64,000 nt of DNA, taken from the sequence record PV467749.1; one strand, written 5' to 3'. This DNA comes from a phage. Of this stretch, positions 15,194 through 22,753 are shown one piece after another. The notes beneath the pieces are model-generated. The model had not been told where the DNA came from. It did no database searches and worked only from the letters and a program-made list of their open reading frames with translations. A program made the position numbers and the translations under genes. Position 1 is the first letter of the stretch. Every line of letters begins with the position of its first letter.

Positions 15194-15535
15194 TTATTCG
15201 AAATCTTCTGGACCGGACTGATAATCATCTTCACCGCATGCACTTTCTAACGTTTCACCAGTGTAGTCATCAGTTAGTGAGTCATCCTCATAGTTCACGT
15301 CTACGCCAGTGATGTAAAACTGGCTATCGTCTGGATCATTGAAATTAATTTTTTGGATGTTTACAATAACTGTATTGATACCCAGGACACCGCCATCAGC
15401 CGTTACAAAGTACTGATATTTTTCACAACCGCCTGAATTGAAACCGTAATTAATTTCGGCCCGACCATCATTTAAACGCAGTGCCTGGGCGATGATTTCA
15501 TTTTCAAAGTTAGATTGAGCAATTGAGATAGTCAT
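15194..15535 (-). CDS. hypothetical acidic protein
   Basis: 113-aa ORF, very D/E-rich C-terminus. Confidence 0.75.
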   Translation of the reverse strand: MTISIAQSNFENEIIAQALRLNDGRAEINYGFNSGGCEKYQYFVTADGGVLGINTVIVNIQKINFNDPDDSQFYITGVDVNYEDDSLTDDYTGETLESACGEDDYQSGPEDFE

Positions 15536-15586
15536 GATTTGTTTCCTTATTACCAGGGGAAACCGTTTCCCCTTTCGATGTAAAAC

Positions 15587-15614
15587 ATTATACGCTTATC
15601 AGGAAGTAATGCAA
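15587..15614 (-). promoter_or_regulatory. promoter + 5' stem-loop cassette (PeSL-like)
   Basis: TTGCAT-N16-TATAAT + GGGGAAACGGTTTCCCC hairpin. Confidence 0.7.
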
Positions 15615-15617
15615 GTA

Positions 15618-16085
15618 CTATTTCACGTTAATTTCAAAGTACTGCTCTTTGATGTTTTCCTGTTGGTAAATCTCGTTTAATGCTTTAAGATCTAAAACCT
15701 GTTTACCTGCTGCCTGAATATACTTTTTAAGAGTCGCTAACAGCTTCTCAGGCGTGTTTGTAGTCTTACGTGTTGGGATCTTATCGTGCCCCATAGCGTA
15801 ATACTGCTTACGTGCTATAGTACTGATAACACTGCGGTACGGTTCCATGATCAGCTTGTCTGTGTATTCGTCGCTATCCCCAAACTTCATACCGTGGATC
15901 GCAAAGGTCATCATCATGCGGTCGTTATCGCGGATATTGTGGGGGCAGTCGGCAAGCTCGCGAGTCAGTGACATAGTGATCCCCACGTCGCCACCCAGCG
16001 GTAAAGGTCGGGCGATAAAGAAACCGTTAGGGAATACTTTCAGGAAGTTTTCTTGAACTGCTGCGACGAATTCGATGCTATTCAT
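15618..16085 (-). CDS. hypothetical protein
   Basis: 155-aa ORF, SD AAGGAA. Confidence 0.8.
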   Translation of the reverse strand: MNSIEFVAAVQENFLKVFPNGFFIARPLPLGGDVGITMSLTRELADCPHNIRDNDRMMMTFAIHGMKFGDSDEYTDKLIMEPYRSVISTIARKQYYAMGHDKIPTRKTTNTPEKLLATLKKYIQAAGKQVLDLKALNEIYQQENIKEQYFEINVK

Positions 16086-16137
16086 AATTCATTTCCTTAA
16101 TTAGTGGGGGAAACCGTTTCCCCTTTCGATGTAAAAC

Positions 16138-16165
16138 ATTATACGCCTATTGAGATAGTTTGCAA
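16138..16165 (-). promoter_or_regulatory. promoter + 5' stem-loop cassette (PeSL-like)
   Basis: TTGCAA-N16-TATAAT + GGGGAAACGGTTTCCCC hairpin (same stem as the cassette at 15587). Confidence 0.7.
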
Positions 16166-16259
16166 GTACTTTTTAAAAATAGTTTTCAGTACTCAATACT
16201 TATATAATAGATACACTTCCGCACCCTGTGGGCTAGTGAGCTATCTCTCAATGAATATA

Positions 16260-16298
16260 TAATAGCAAAATGGCTGACCGAAGTCAACCACTTTTTTC
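16260..16298 (-). promoter_or_regulatory. terminator-promoter fusion cassette
   Basis: Hairpin TGGTTGAC-TTCG-GTCAGCCA (16272-16291) carries TTGACT; N17; TATTAT. Confidence 0.6.
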
Positions 16299-16300
16299 AT

Positions 16301-16435
16301 TTATTTTTTAGCTTTAAGTACTGCGGCCTTTCGCGTCATGCCTTGCTTGATGTACTCCTTTACTTTCGCTTTTTTAGCGTTTACCTTGTCTGCTTTCGTT
16401 TTAGGAGTACTGTAAATTATACCGTTAGGATTCAT
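16301..16435 (-). CDS. hypothetical small basic protein (44 aa, below cutoff)
   Basis: My translation: MNPNGIIYSTPKTKADKVNAKKAKVKEYIKQGMTRKAAVLKAKK; its start abuts the stop of the 29-aa ORF. Confidence 0.45.
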   Translation of the reverse strand: MNPNGIIYSTPKTKADKVNAKKAKVKEYIKQGMTRKAAVLKAKK

Positions 16436-16525
16436 TTAAATCACCATAAAGAATAGATAGGTTACTAACAATGCCGCGATCAATGCACCGACCAGGGCCG
16501 AACTATAGTAAGCTAATGATTTCAT
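16436..16525 (-). CDS. hypothetical 29-aa hydrophobic peptide
   Basis: My translation: MKSLAYYSSALVGALIAALLVTYLFFMVI (single TM-like helix); ATGA-coupled to 16522..16674. Confidence 0.4.
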   Translation of the reverse strand: MKSLAYYSSALVGALIAALLVTYLFFMVI

Positions 16526-16674
16526 TTTTTAGCCTGAAAATAATGTTTAATTTGAGCGGCGGTCAGTGCACAATTACGCAGGAAGTTTTCTGTATAACTT
16601 TTGCGAGTACTGAAAGAGAATTGACCTTTGCCGTTACCGATAGTAACATCAAACCGAGCGTTGTATTGTTTCAT
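16522..16674 (-). CDS. hypothetical small protein
   Basis: Start moved to MKQYNARFDV (50 aa); upstream track residues are cassette read-through. Confidence 0.55.
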   Translation of the reverse strand: MKQYNARFDVTIGNGKGQFSFSTRKSYTENFLRNCALTAAQIKHYFQAKK

Positions 16675-16724
16675 TTTGATTCTCCTGTTATTGGGGAGAA
16701 TCATTTCTCCCCTCTATGTAAAAC

Positions 16725-16752
16725 ATTATACGCGTTTAAAAACTAATTACAA
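16725..16752 (-). promoter_or_regulatory. promoter + 5' stem-loop cassette (PeSL-like)
   Basis: TTGTAA-N16-TATAAT + GGGGAGAAATGATTCTCCCC hairpin. Confidence 0.65.
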
Positions 16753-16755
16753 GTA

Positions 16756-16902
16756 CTATTTTTTAGATTTACGCAAACTTTCTACCATCTCAGGAGTAAG
16801 GCCCGGCGGGTAGGAAACTACTTCATCAACGAAACGTAATGGGAATACCCCATCTAAGGTTGAACGTGCTTTCTTGTTAGTACTCTTTTTTGATGCTTTC
16901 AT
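16756..16902 (-). CDS. hypothetical small basic protein (48 aa, below cutoff)
   Basis: My translation: MKASKKSTNKKARSTLDGVFPLRFVDEVVSYPPGLTPEMVESLRKSKK; SD AAGGAA 7 nt upstream. Confidence 0.5.
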   Translation of the reverse strand: MKASKKSTNKKARSTLDGVFPLRFVDEVVSYPPGLTPEMVESLRKSKK

Positions 16903-16953
16903 TTCATATTCCTTAATTAGTGGGGAGAATCATTTCTCCCCTTCATGTAAAAC

Positions 16954-16981
16954 ATTATACGCGTTTAAAAACTAATTACAA
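16954..16981 (-). promoter_or_regulatory. promoter + 5' stem-loop cassette (PeSL-like)
   Basis: TTGTAA-N16-TATAAT + GGGGAGAAATGATTCTCCCC; duplicate of the cassette at 16725. Confidence 0.65.
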
Positions 16982-17181
16982 GTACTATTTGAAAGTAAAT
17001 GCTCATACGCTGCATTAACTACGTTTTCAATAACCGACTGTACAGAAAGATCCCCCACGTCCTGGCTATAGTAGAAATTGCTTACAGTGGTGTCATCGTA
17101 TGCAAATACTTTACCAGGTACGGCATCAATCACATACATATTAACCTTTAAGATGTCGATCTTATCCTGTACAGTAAGCAT
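16972..17181 (-). CDS. hypothetical protein
   Basis: 69-aa ORF following 17187..17459. Confidence 0.65.
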   Translation of the reverse strand: MLTVQDKIDILKVNMYVIDAVPGKVFAYDDTTVSNFYYSQDVGDLSVQSVIENVVNAAYEHLLSNSTCN

Positions 17182-17186
17182 ATTAA

Positions 17187-17459
17187 TTACCCTTTTAAGT
17201 ACTGGATTAAGTAGTCTTGTTGATCTTCGGTGATTGCCGCCATCTTCCCTAGTACTGGATTAATGATATAATCCCCGGTAACGTCCTGTAACGCATTCTC
17301 AGGCGGTGAAACGGCTGGGGTAGCCATAGCCATCGCCTGGACTTGTTCGACGCTGTATCGCTCATATAGGCGGCATTCTTCCGGTGTTAACATAGCATCA
17401 GTACGCTTCATCGGTTTAATGATGCTTTCGATCTCATTCAGTACTTGATTAACGTTCAT
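17187..17459 (-). CDS. hypothetical protein
   Basis: 90-aa ORF. Confidence 0.7.
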   Translation of the reverse strand: MNVNQVLNEIESIIKPMKRTDAMLTPEECRLYERYSVEQVQAMAMATPAVSPPENALQDVTGDYIINPVLGKMAAITEDQQDYLIQYLKG

Positions 17460-17510
17460 GGTATAATCCCCAATATAAGCGGCCTGAATCGACCGCTAAC
17501 GATGTTTTGA

Positions 17511-17780
17511 TTAATAGGTGTATGGTTGACGCTCAAACAATGATTGCACGTTGTACGCCCCGCTTATGGGCTTCGCTGGTAAATCAATTTTATATTGTTC
17601 ACGCTTAAAGATAATAAAACGGCAATTGTTTTTAACATCAAAATTGATTGAACGTTCCAGGAGTTTTCCATCGTGCACAAATACAAGATAACCGCTTGCT
17701 ACTTGTTTTGTAGTACTGGTTGCAACCATAGACCGCCGAACATGTGTACCTGCGTCGATTAAAGTACTGATATTTTTCAT
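17511..17780 (-). CDS. hypothetical protein
   Basis: 89-aa ORF, SD AAGAGGA. Confidence 0.7.
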   Translation of the reverse strand: MKNISTLIDAGTHVRRSMVATSTTKQVASGYLVFVHDGKLLERSINFDVKNNCRFIIFKREQYKIDLPAKPISGAYNVQSLFERQPYTY

Positions 17781-17860
17781 TATACGATCCTCTTAAGTTA
17801 ATTTAATTTCTTTCCCCTATGCAGACACTATATCAAAGTATCTGCATAAAGTAAAGCTAA

Positions 17861-18184
17861 TTAAAGATCTTTTTTGCGTTTAACATTCTGTACAGTACAA
17901 TGCAACGGGATATTAAGATCATTGCACAAACGAGTAAGGGAGGTTTCATCAGTATTAAGCCCGTCTACTGATTCCTTTAAGAGAGATAACGCCGTTTGTT
18001 GATATGCATCTTCATAGCCATAAGTAAATGATTCAACCGCCAGATCATTCAAACCGTTATCCAGTTCAACGCTTACATGACAAGAATGATAAGTATTGCC
18101 ATATGAATCAGTCCAACGTTTACCGTCAACATTGATTGCACGGATTGCAGCCAGGGAAACGGTGTTAATGATAGTTTTAGCCAT
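17861..18184 (-). CDS. hypothetical protein, paralog of 11350..11673
   Basis: Shared RWTDSYGNTYHSCHVS..FTYGY..VKRKKDL. Confidence 0.8.
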   Translation of the reverse strand: MAKTIINTVSLAAIRAINVDGKRWTDSYGNTYHSCHVSVELDNGLNDLAVESFTYGYEDAYQQTALSLLKESVDGLNTDETSLTRLCNDLNIPLHCTVQNVKRKKDL

Positions 18185-18225
18185 TTTTGTATTCCTTAAA
18201 TTAATATGTTGTCTTGATAAAATCT

Positions 18226-18254
18226 ATTATGCCAGTACTATCAAACTATGTCAA
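18226..18254 (-). promoter_or_regulatory. sigma70-type promoter
   Basis: TTGACA-N17-CATAAT. Confidence 0.65.
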
Positions 18255-18273
18255 TAGTACTGTGATAATATTT

Positions 18274-18417
18274 TTACTTACTTTTTGCTTTCTTTGCTGC
18301 TTCCACCTGGTCGGCCCATTCTTTACCCCATACTTGTAAATTATAATGGTACTGGCAAAGAGCAACGCCCCGCTTTAAACCAGTAATAGATTTCTGACCA
18401 CATTGACAAGTTTTCAT
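18274..18417 (-). CDS. hypothetical small Cys-containing protein (47 aa, below cutoff)
   Basis: My translation: MKTCQCGQKSITGLKRGVALCQYHYNLQVWGKEWADQVEAAKKAKSK; own cassette. Confidence 0.5.
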   Translation of the reverse strand: MKTCQCGQKSITGLKRGVALCQYHYNLQVWGKEWADQVEAAKKAKSK

Positions 18418-18466
18418 TTTAGTTTCCTTGTAGTGGGGAGAACCATTTCTCCCCTTGATGTAATGT

Positions 18467-18494
18467 ATTATACTTTATTCGATTTACTTTGCAA
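18467..18494 (-). promoter_or_regulatory. promoter + 5' stem-loop cassette (PeSL-like)
   Basis: TTGCAA-N16-TATAAT + GGGGAGAAATGGTTCTCCCC hairpin. Confidence 0.7.
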
Positions 18495-18502
18495 GTACTT
18501 TT

Positions 18503-18730
18503 TTAATTTAATTCATCAAGGCAAAGGATACGCTCAACGCCCAAATCAGTTAAACTAATCGACGGCACTTGATAGGTTTCAATGTATGCTACACTTGCCC
18601 ACTGACCGAACTCATTAACGGCCCAGGTATTCATTGCATTTTGCAATTCCGCACCTTCCTTGTTGGTAATGACTGCAACTACTTGTTCGTTGCCAGTAGT
18701 ACCAGATACGCGAGTAATGATAATAGCCAT
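18503..18730 (-). CDS. hypothetical protein
   Basis: Start moved to MAIIITRV (75 aa); upstream track residues are cassette read-through. Confidence 0.65.
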   Translation of the reverse strand: MAIIITRVSGTTGNEQVVAVITNKEGAELQNAMNTWAVNEFGQWASVAYIETYQVPSISLTDLGVERILCLDELN

Positions 18731-18785
18731 TGTTTTGATTCCTTTGATTTTGAAGGAGAACCGTTTCCCCCTCTCGATGTAAAAC

Positions 18786-18813
18786 ATTATACGCTAATCT
18801 CTTAATCGTGCAA
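18786..18813 (-). promoter_or_regulatory. promoter + 5' stem-loop cassette (PeSL-like)
   Basis: TTGCAC-N16-TATAAT + GGGGGAAACGGTTCTCC hairpin. Confidence 0.65.
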
Positions 18814-18965
18814 GTACTTTTTATTACTTTTTGCAAAATACTTTAAACGCTCTCAATCGCGTTCTTACAGCCTTAACGCCACCAGCTAGGGCAATGCATC
18901 AGATAATCAGTTTAATGCGTTAGAATCGTTTCTAGGCGGTGCTGGTGGCCTGGTAAACGATAAAC

Positions 18966-18994
18966 ACAAAAAAGCCCACCGTTTAAGGTGGGCT
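18966..18994 (-). terminator. rho-independent terminator
   Basis: GCCCACCttaaacGGTGGGC + TTTTTT on the minus strand, after 19016..19498. Confidence 0.75.
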
Positions 18995-19015
18995 AGTGAT
19001 TCAGTACTTTAATTG

Positions 19016-19498
19016 TTATGCTTCAACTTTGCGATGAGCTTCGATCCATTCCTCGCGAGTCATACCACTGGAGTTAATCGCGTCCAGTACTACCGCAATA
19101 CAGTTACCACGCACCGGAATCAGATATTCTTCCCCGTTGTCCAGTACTACCGCTACGCGTTCCTGAATCCATTTTTTGGCTTTTACTTCTGGCTTGTCTT
19201 CCCCATACTTAACCGCCAGGGCTTTTTGTGCCATCTCTGTAACTACTTCCAGATCCAATCCAACTACTGCCGCCTGAATACTTTCGATTGTTGCTTGTAG
19301 TTCTGCTTCACGGGCCGCCTTTGCCGCTTCAATTTCTGCCGCTTTATTTGCTTGTAGTTCTTTCGCAGTACTGTACGCGATGTTAAAATTATTGCGTACC
19401 GCTTTCATGGTATCGTTATCCAGTTCAGCCAGGATCTCAGCCGCTACGTTAGTTTCATTTGCTACCAGTGCTTTGATGAATGATTTTACATTAGCCAT
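19016..19498 (-). CDS. hypothetical protein (Ala/Glu-rich helical N-terminal half)
   Basis: Start set at MANVKSF (SD GAGGAT); 160 aa. Confidence 0.8.
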   Translation of the reverse strand: MANVKSFIKALVANETNVAAEILAELDNDTMKAVRNNFNIAYSTAKELQANKAAEIEAAKAAREAELQATIESIQAAVVGLDLEVVTEMAQKALAVKYGEDKPEVKAKKWIQERVAVVLDNGEEYLIPVRGNCIAVVLDAINSSGMTREEWIEAHRKVEA

Positions 19499-19621
19499 TT
19501 TATAAATCCTCAATTAAAGTTTAGTTTACGTTTATTAGTGTATCAAAGTTTTCTCGACGTGTCCAGTTTTTCGTTCGACTTACTGGCGGTCTACTTAGTG
19601 CTCCCCGTCTTGATGTAATAC

Positions 19622-19649
19622 ATTCTACGCTTTTCTGCGGTAATGTCAA
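19622..19649 (-). promoter_or_regulatory. sigma70-type promoter with diverged copy of the structured leader
   Basis: TTGACA-N16-TAGAAT. The leader at about 19540-19620 resembles the spacer of the 12321/22107 repeats. Confidence 0.55.
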
Positions 19650-19700
19650 CTACTTTCTTAAAACTATTTTCAAAGTATCTCAGTACTACGATACTACAAA

Positions 19701-19725
19701 AACAAAAAAGCCCACCAGGTGGGCT
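19701..19725 (-). terminator. rho-independent terminator
   Basis: GCCCACctgGTGGGC + TTTTTTGTTTTT on the minus strand, after 19732..19962. Confidence 0.65.
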
Positions 19726-19731
19726 ATGTAC

Positions 19732-19962
19732 TTAATCAGTGAGTAAAATATTAAACACTTTACCATTTAACGTTATTGGTGCACTGCTACCAGGCTCAAG
19801 ATCCGTTAATATACCTGCAATCGCTTTATCATTGGCGACCTTTCCAGTGTCCAACAGTACTACAGTACTGATAAGATTAACGCTCGTTTCAATATCATAA
19901 TGCACGGCGTTAAGTAGTTGTGTAGTACTGCTTTCGTTAAGTAAAACAATTCGCTTAGTCAT
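19732..19962 (-). CDS. hypothetical protein
   Basis: 76-aa ORF. Confidence 0.7.
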   Translation of the reverse strand: MTKRIVLLNESSTTQLLNAVHYDIETSVNLISTVVLLDTGKVANDKAIAGILTDLEPGSSAPITLNGKVFNILLTD

Positions 19963-19983
19963 GATGTTACCCCGTAGTATCTA

Positions 19984-20283
19984 TCAACGGCAATTAATAA
20001 CGCCGGTATGCGTTACTTTCTCAGTATCCATTACAGTGACCGAACCGCGTTTAGTACTGGCATCATAATAAATTGTTGTGCTACCGTTTTCGTCTTCTTC
20101 ATGGAACGGGCCGTTTTTAAATGCTTCCGGCTGGATCTCTAAATCCTTTAATACAATCTCGCCAGTACTTTCATCGGTCATTGCAACAGTGCACTGAATG
20201 AATTTTTCACTACTTACATCTAATGACGCATTAACAGCGAAAGAGGAAACAGATAAAGCCAGGGCGATGATTGTAATTTTCAT
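19984..20283 (-). CDS. small secreted protein (signal peptide, two-Cys family)
   Basis: Start moved to MKITIIALALSVSSFAVNA|S; Cys near the mature N-terminus (FIQC) and 1 residue from the C-terminus (VINCR). Confidence 0.75.
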   Translation of the reverse strand: MKITIIALALSVSSFAVNASLDVSSEKFIQCTVAMTDESTGEIVLKDLEIQPEAFKNGPFHEEDENGSTTIYYDASTKRGSVTVMDTEKVTHTGVINCR

Positions 20284-20328
20284 TTGATTATCCTTAGTTA
20301 CCAGGGGAACCGCTCCCCTATGCAAAAC

Positions 20329-20356
20329 ATTATACGCGTTTAAAAACTAATTGCAA
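20329..20356 (-). promoter_or_regulatory. promoter + 5' stem-loop cassette (PeSL-like)
   Basis: TTGCAA-N16-TATAAT + GGGGAGCGGTTCCCC hairpin. Confidence 0.7.
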
Positions 20357-20389
20357 GTATTTTAATAAAAAGTATTTGAAAAATAATTG

Positions 20390-20418
20390 TTGACAACTGC
20401 ATCCAGTACTGGCATAAT
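20390..20418 (+). promoter_or_regulatory. plus-strand sigma70-type promoter with no ORF downstream
   Basis: TTGACA-N17-CATAAT; CCCACCGGGTGC box at 20447-20458. Confidence 0.6.
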
Positions 20419-20424
20419 TACTAC

Positions 20425-20519
20425 ATCAAGACGAAACAGTCACTAACCCACCGGGTGCCGAGATCCGTCTATTAAATGATTCAGTACTGAAAAAGTAACG
20501 GGGAGTTATTATCTCCCCG
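20425..20519 (+). ncRNA. candidate ~95-nt small RNA
   Basis: Runs from the promoter at 20390-20418 to the GGGGAGttattatCTCCCC hairpin (20500-20518). No ORF or SD; contains the conserved box. Confidence 0.3.
20488..20519 (-). terminator. terminator hairpin (possibly bidirectional)
   Basis: GGGGAGataataaCTCCCC, followed on the minus strand by gttaCTTTTT; lies after the stop of 20525..20746. Confidence 0.6.
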
Positions 20520-20524
20520 CGTTG

Positions 20525-20746
20525 TTATTTTGTAAGGTATAAACAGAAGTCGCCTTTATTTGCTACGCCGCCAGTGTAACGCGATGAATAGTTAGAAACG
20601 TCCTGGACTTCTGCTATTACCAGGGTATCATCATTCAATTCGTCGCAGAAGCAAACGGCTGGATCTTGTACGCCGATTTTGTCGGCATGTTCCCGCATAG
20701 ATTTAACCAGTGCTTCCAGTTGGGAAAGAGTAGTGATATTAGCCAT
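20525..20746 (-). CDS. hypothetical protein
   Basis: Start moved to MANITTLSQ (73 aa). Confidence 0.7.
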   Translation of the reverse strand: MANITTLSQLEALVKSMREHADKIGVQDPAVCFCDELNDDTLVIAEVQDVSNYSSRYTGGVANKGDFCLYLTK

Positions 20747-20796
20747 TTTATTTTCCTCATTACCAGGGAGAACCATTTCTCCCTTTGATGTAAACC

Positions 20797-20824
20797 ATTA
20801 TACAGTACTGAAAACTAATTGCAA
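20797..20824 (-). promoter_or_regulatory. promoter + 5' stem-loop cassette (PeSL-like)
   Basis: TTGCAA-N16-TATAAT + GGGAGAAATGGTTCTCCC hairpin. Confidence 0.7.
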
Positions 20825-20832
20825 GTACTTTT

Positions 20833-21093
20833 TCAATATTGTTTGTCGTCGTCTTCCTCGATGAATTGACCGACGAAATGATCTACTTTCGCTTTGAGGC
20901 TTTTATAATCTTCTTCTACTTCCTTTAAACGTTCCTGGTAGTATTCCAATGCTTCAAGATACGCCGCCTCAGCAGTTTTTGCACGCATGGCTAAATTCAT
21001 GCCACGCGTTTCATCAAATAGCCAATAACCATCGGTGCACTGGCTAATAGATAATGTCTTGCTTAGTGCTGTATAGCTAATTACTTTACTCAT
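20833..21093 (-). CDS. hypothetical protein (coiled-coil C-terminus)
   Basis: 86-aa ORF. Confidence 0.7.
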   Translation of the reverse strand: MSKVISYTALSKTLSISQCTDGYWLFDETRGMNLAMRAKTAEAAYLEALEYYQERLKEVEEDYKSLKAKVDHFVGQFIEEDDDKQY

Positions 21094-21131
21094 TAGATAA
21101 CCCTCAGTAAAGGCGGGAACTATTACCCGCC

Positions 21132-21161
21132 ATTATCTCAGTACTGAATATTACATTCCAA
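21132..21161 (-). promoter_or_regulatory. probable promoter + stem-loop
   Basis: TTGGAA-N18-GATAAT + GGCGGGtaatagttCCCGCC; overlaps the 3' end of 21151..21390. Confidence 0.45.
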
Positions 21162-21390
21162 CCATTGCAGCACGGATCGCAGTAGTGCTATATTTGAATC
21201 CGTCCGGCGTTGTAGTAGTACCGTTGGCTTTTAATCTGCGGTACATACATTCCGCAGCAATATCTTTAGTTCTACTTTGTGCGATGCAACTTTGTGCAAG
21301 CCGATACAATGACTCACCGTTATTAATCCAAAGGCTTACATTCCAATGAGTTTTGTTTTTGTGTCCGTTGTAAGTTTTAGTACTAGCCAT
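21151..21390 (-). CDS. hypothetical protein, paralog of 23196..23435
   Basis: Start moved to MASTKTYNGHK. Shared GHKNKTHWNVSLWINN.ESLYRLAQ and TPDGFKYSTTAIRAAMVGM. Confidence 0.8.
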   Translation of the reverse strand: MASTKTYNGHKNKTHWNVSLWINNGESLYRLAQSCIAQSRTKDIAAECMYRRLKANGTTTTPDGFKYSTTAIRAAMVGM

Positions 21391-21440
21391 TTTTAAATCC
21401 TCGTTTGAGCGGGGAACCACTCCCCGCCTTGATGTAAAGT

Positions 21441-21468
21441 ATTATACGCTTTTAAACTTAGTTTACAA
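21441..21468 (-). promoter_or_regulatory. promoter + 5' stem-loop cassette (PeSL-like)
   Basis: TTGTAA-N16-TATAAT + GGCGGGGAGTGGTTCCCCGC hairpin. Confidence 0.65.
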
Positions 21469-21480
21469 GTACTTTTTAAA

Positions 21481-22092
21481 TTAATATTCGATTGATTCCA
21501 CTACGCCATCAATAACATTGAATTGATATTCGTTACCCTCAATCAGTGCAGTAATGTTTTCAGTAGTGAATTGATCCTCATATGCATTCTCTAAATCACG
21601 GTACAACTTACGAGATAATTCACGGATCGCATCAGTCAGTAAGTTTTCCAGGTCATCAGCAAGTGCCGCTTGTTTTACAGTTAAATCAGTGTAGCGAGTA
21701 TCAACGCAACCGCTTACCGTGTTTTCGTGTGCGTAGCGAGAGTGTGAACGTTCTACACTCATTGCCAAATCATCTTCATTCAACAAGTGACGGATTGAAC
21801 GATATTTCGTTAACGCCTTAACCTTGCGTAAAAACTTCTCAGCGTCAACGTGGTTAGTACTGATTGATGCACCGTCACCTTGCGACCAAAAACCACTGTA
21901 TTGCAATTCAGCTTCATCTATGCCGTATTCTGGTAGTACTGTTTCTTTATAGTACTCGATAACGCCCTCAGCAAAGAAATTATCCTCACATGAACGCTCA
22001 CGATCCCGAACCAGTTCGATAGCCGCCGTTTTTTGTTCTGCGTTCAGTTCAGAAAAAGCCATAACAAAAGTAGTAGTAGTGATAGTTTTCAT
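21481..22092 (-). CDS. conserved hypothetical protein (YSGFWSQGDGAS motif)
   Basis: 203-aa acidic ORF. The motif is reminiscent of plasmid/phage-borne families, but I cannot assign one. Confidence 0.8.
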   Translation of the reverse strand: MKTITTTTFVMAFSELNAEQKTAAIELVRDRERSCEDNFFAEGVIEYYKETVLPEYGIDEAELQYSGFWSQGDGASISTNHVDAEKFLRKVKALTKYRSIRHLLNEDDLAMSVERSHSRYAHENTVSGCVDTRYTDLTVKQAALADDLENLLTDAIRELSRKLYRDLENAYEDQFTTENITALIEGNEYQFNVIDGVVESIEY

Positions 22093-22106
22093 TTTGTAAC
22101 CCTCAT

Positions 22107-22298
22107 TCAGTAGTTGATGTAAGTATTATACGCTTTTAAAAACATTTGTCAAACTATTTTATCAGGGGAGTTTTTCGTGTGCCTTACTCCTGGGCTACTT
22201 AACGGGAAGTTACTTATTTCGTTCCCCGTCCTGATGTAAAACATTATACGCTTATTGAGATAGTTTGCAAGTACTTTTTAAAAATAGTTTTCAGTACT
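22107..22298 (-). repeat. ~190-bp dual-promoter unit with structured ~75-nt spacer (copy B)
   Basis: Near-identical to 12321..12510. P1 22243-22270 (TTGCAA-N16-TATAAT), P2 22125-22152 (TTGACA-N16-TATAAT). Confidence 0.75.
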
Positions 22299-22316
22299 GA
22301 ATAGTAAAAAAAAGTA

Positions 22317-22345
22317 TTGACAGCATTATCAAGTACTGGCATAAT
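22317..22345 (+). promoter_or_regulatory. plus-strand promoter, convergent with 22461..22489
   Basis: TTGACA-N17-CATAAT; box CCCACCGGGTGC at 22367-22378; no ORF. Confidence 0.6.
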
Positions 22346-22460
22346 ATACCCCATGACAACAGCTAACCCACCGGGTGCACAATTGTAACTATACTAAACT
22401 AATTTTTCTATAGATACACTCCCGCACCCTATGGGCTACGGCTTATCTGCCAATGAATAC

Positions 22461-22489
22461 ATTATGCCAGTACTGACAAAATAAGTCAA
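22461..22489 (-). promoter_or_regulatory. minus-strand promoter, convergent with 22317..22345
   Basis: TTGACT-N17-CATAAT; box (minus sense CCCATAGGGTGC) at 22424-22435. Confidence 0.6.
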
Positions 22490-22522
22490 TACCGGCAATT
22501 GTAAATTTTTCAAAAAATATGA

Positions 22523-22753
22523 TTATACTGCAATCGCGTCCAGGCTGTAATAATAATAAGTGCCGTATTGGTGTACTTTATTACCTTTTATTTCAGTACT
22601 GAATGAATCCGAACGATTTGCATATGATGTTAATTTAAAGTACTTTGATTTGCTGATACGTTGCCATACACCACAGATCCGCTGTAAGTAAGTAGTTTTA
22701 TTCGTGGTCGTATCTTTTACGGTTTTAACTTCAGTCATATACATATTAGTCAT
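22523..22753 (-). CDS. hypothetical protein
   Basis: 76-aa ORF, SD GGAG. Confidence 0.7.
   Translation of the reverse strand: MTNMYMTEVKTVKDTTTNKTTYLQRICGVWQRISKSKYFKLTSYANRSDSFSTEIKGNKVHQYGTYYYYSLDAIAV

Noticed and set aside
18878-18940. Possible tRNA: GCCACCA ... TGGTGGC 7-bp terminal pairing around a ~62-nt insert
   Set aside because: Neither strand shows a T-arm (GTTCRA) or a D-arm, and no cloverleaf with correct stem spacing can be drawn. More likely it is a long-range inverted repeat in a 3' UTR. It shares an ATTCTAACGCAT word with 24080-24100, but I could not build a convincing common structure.
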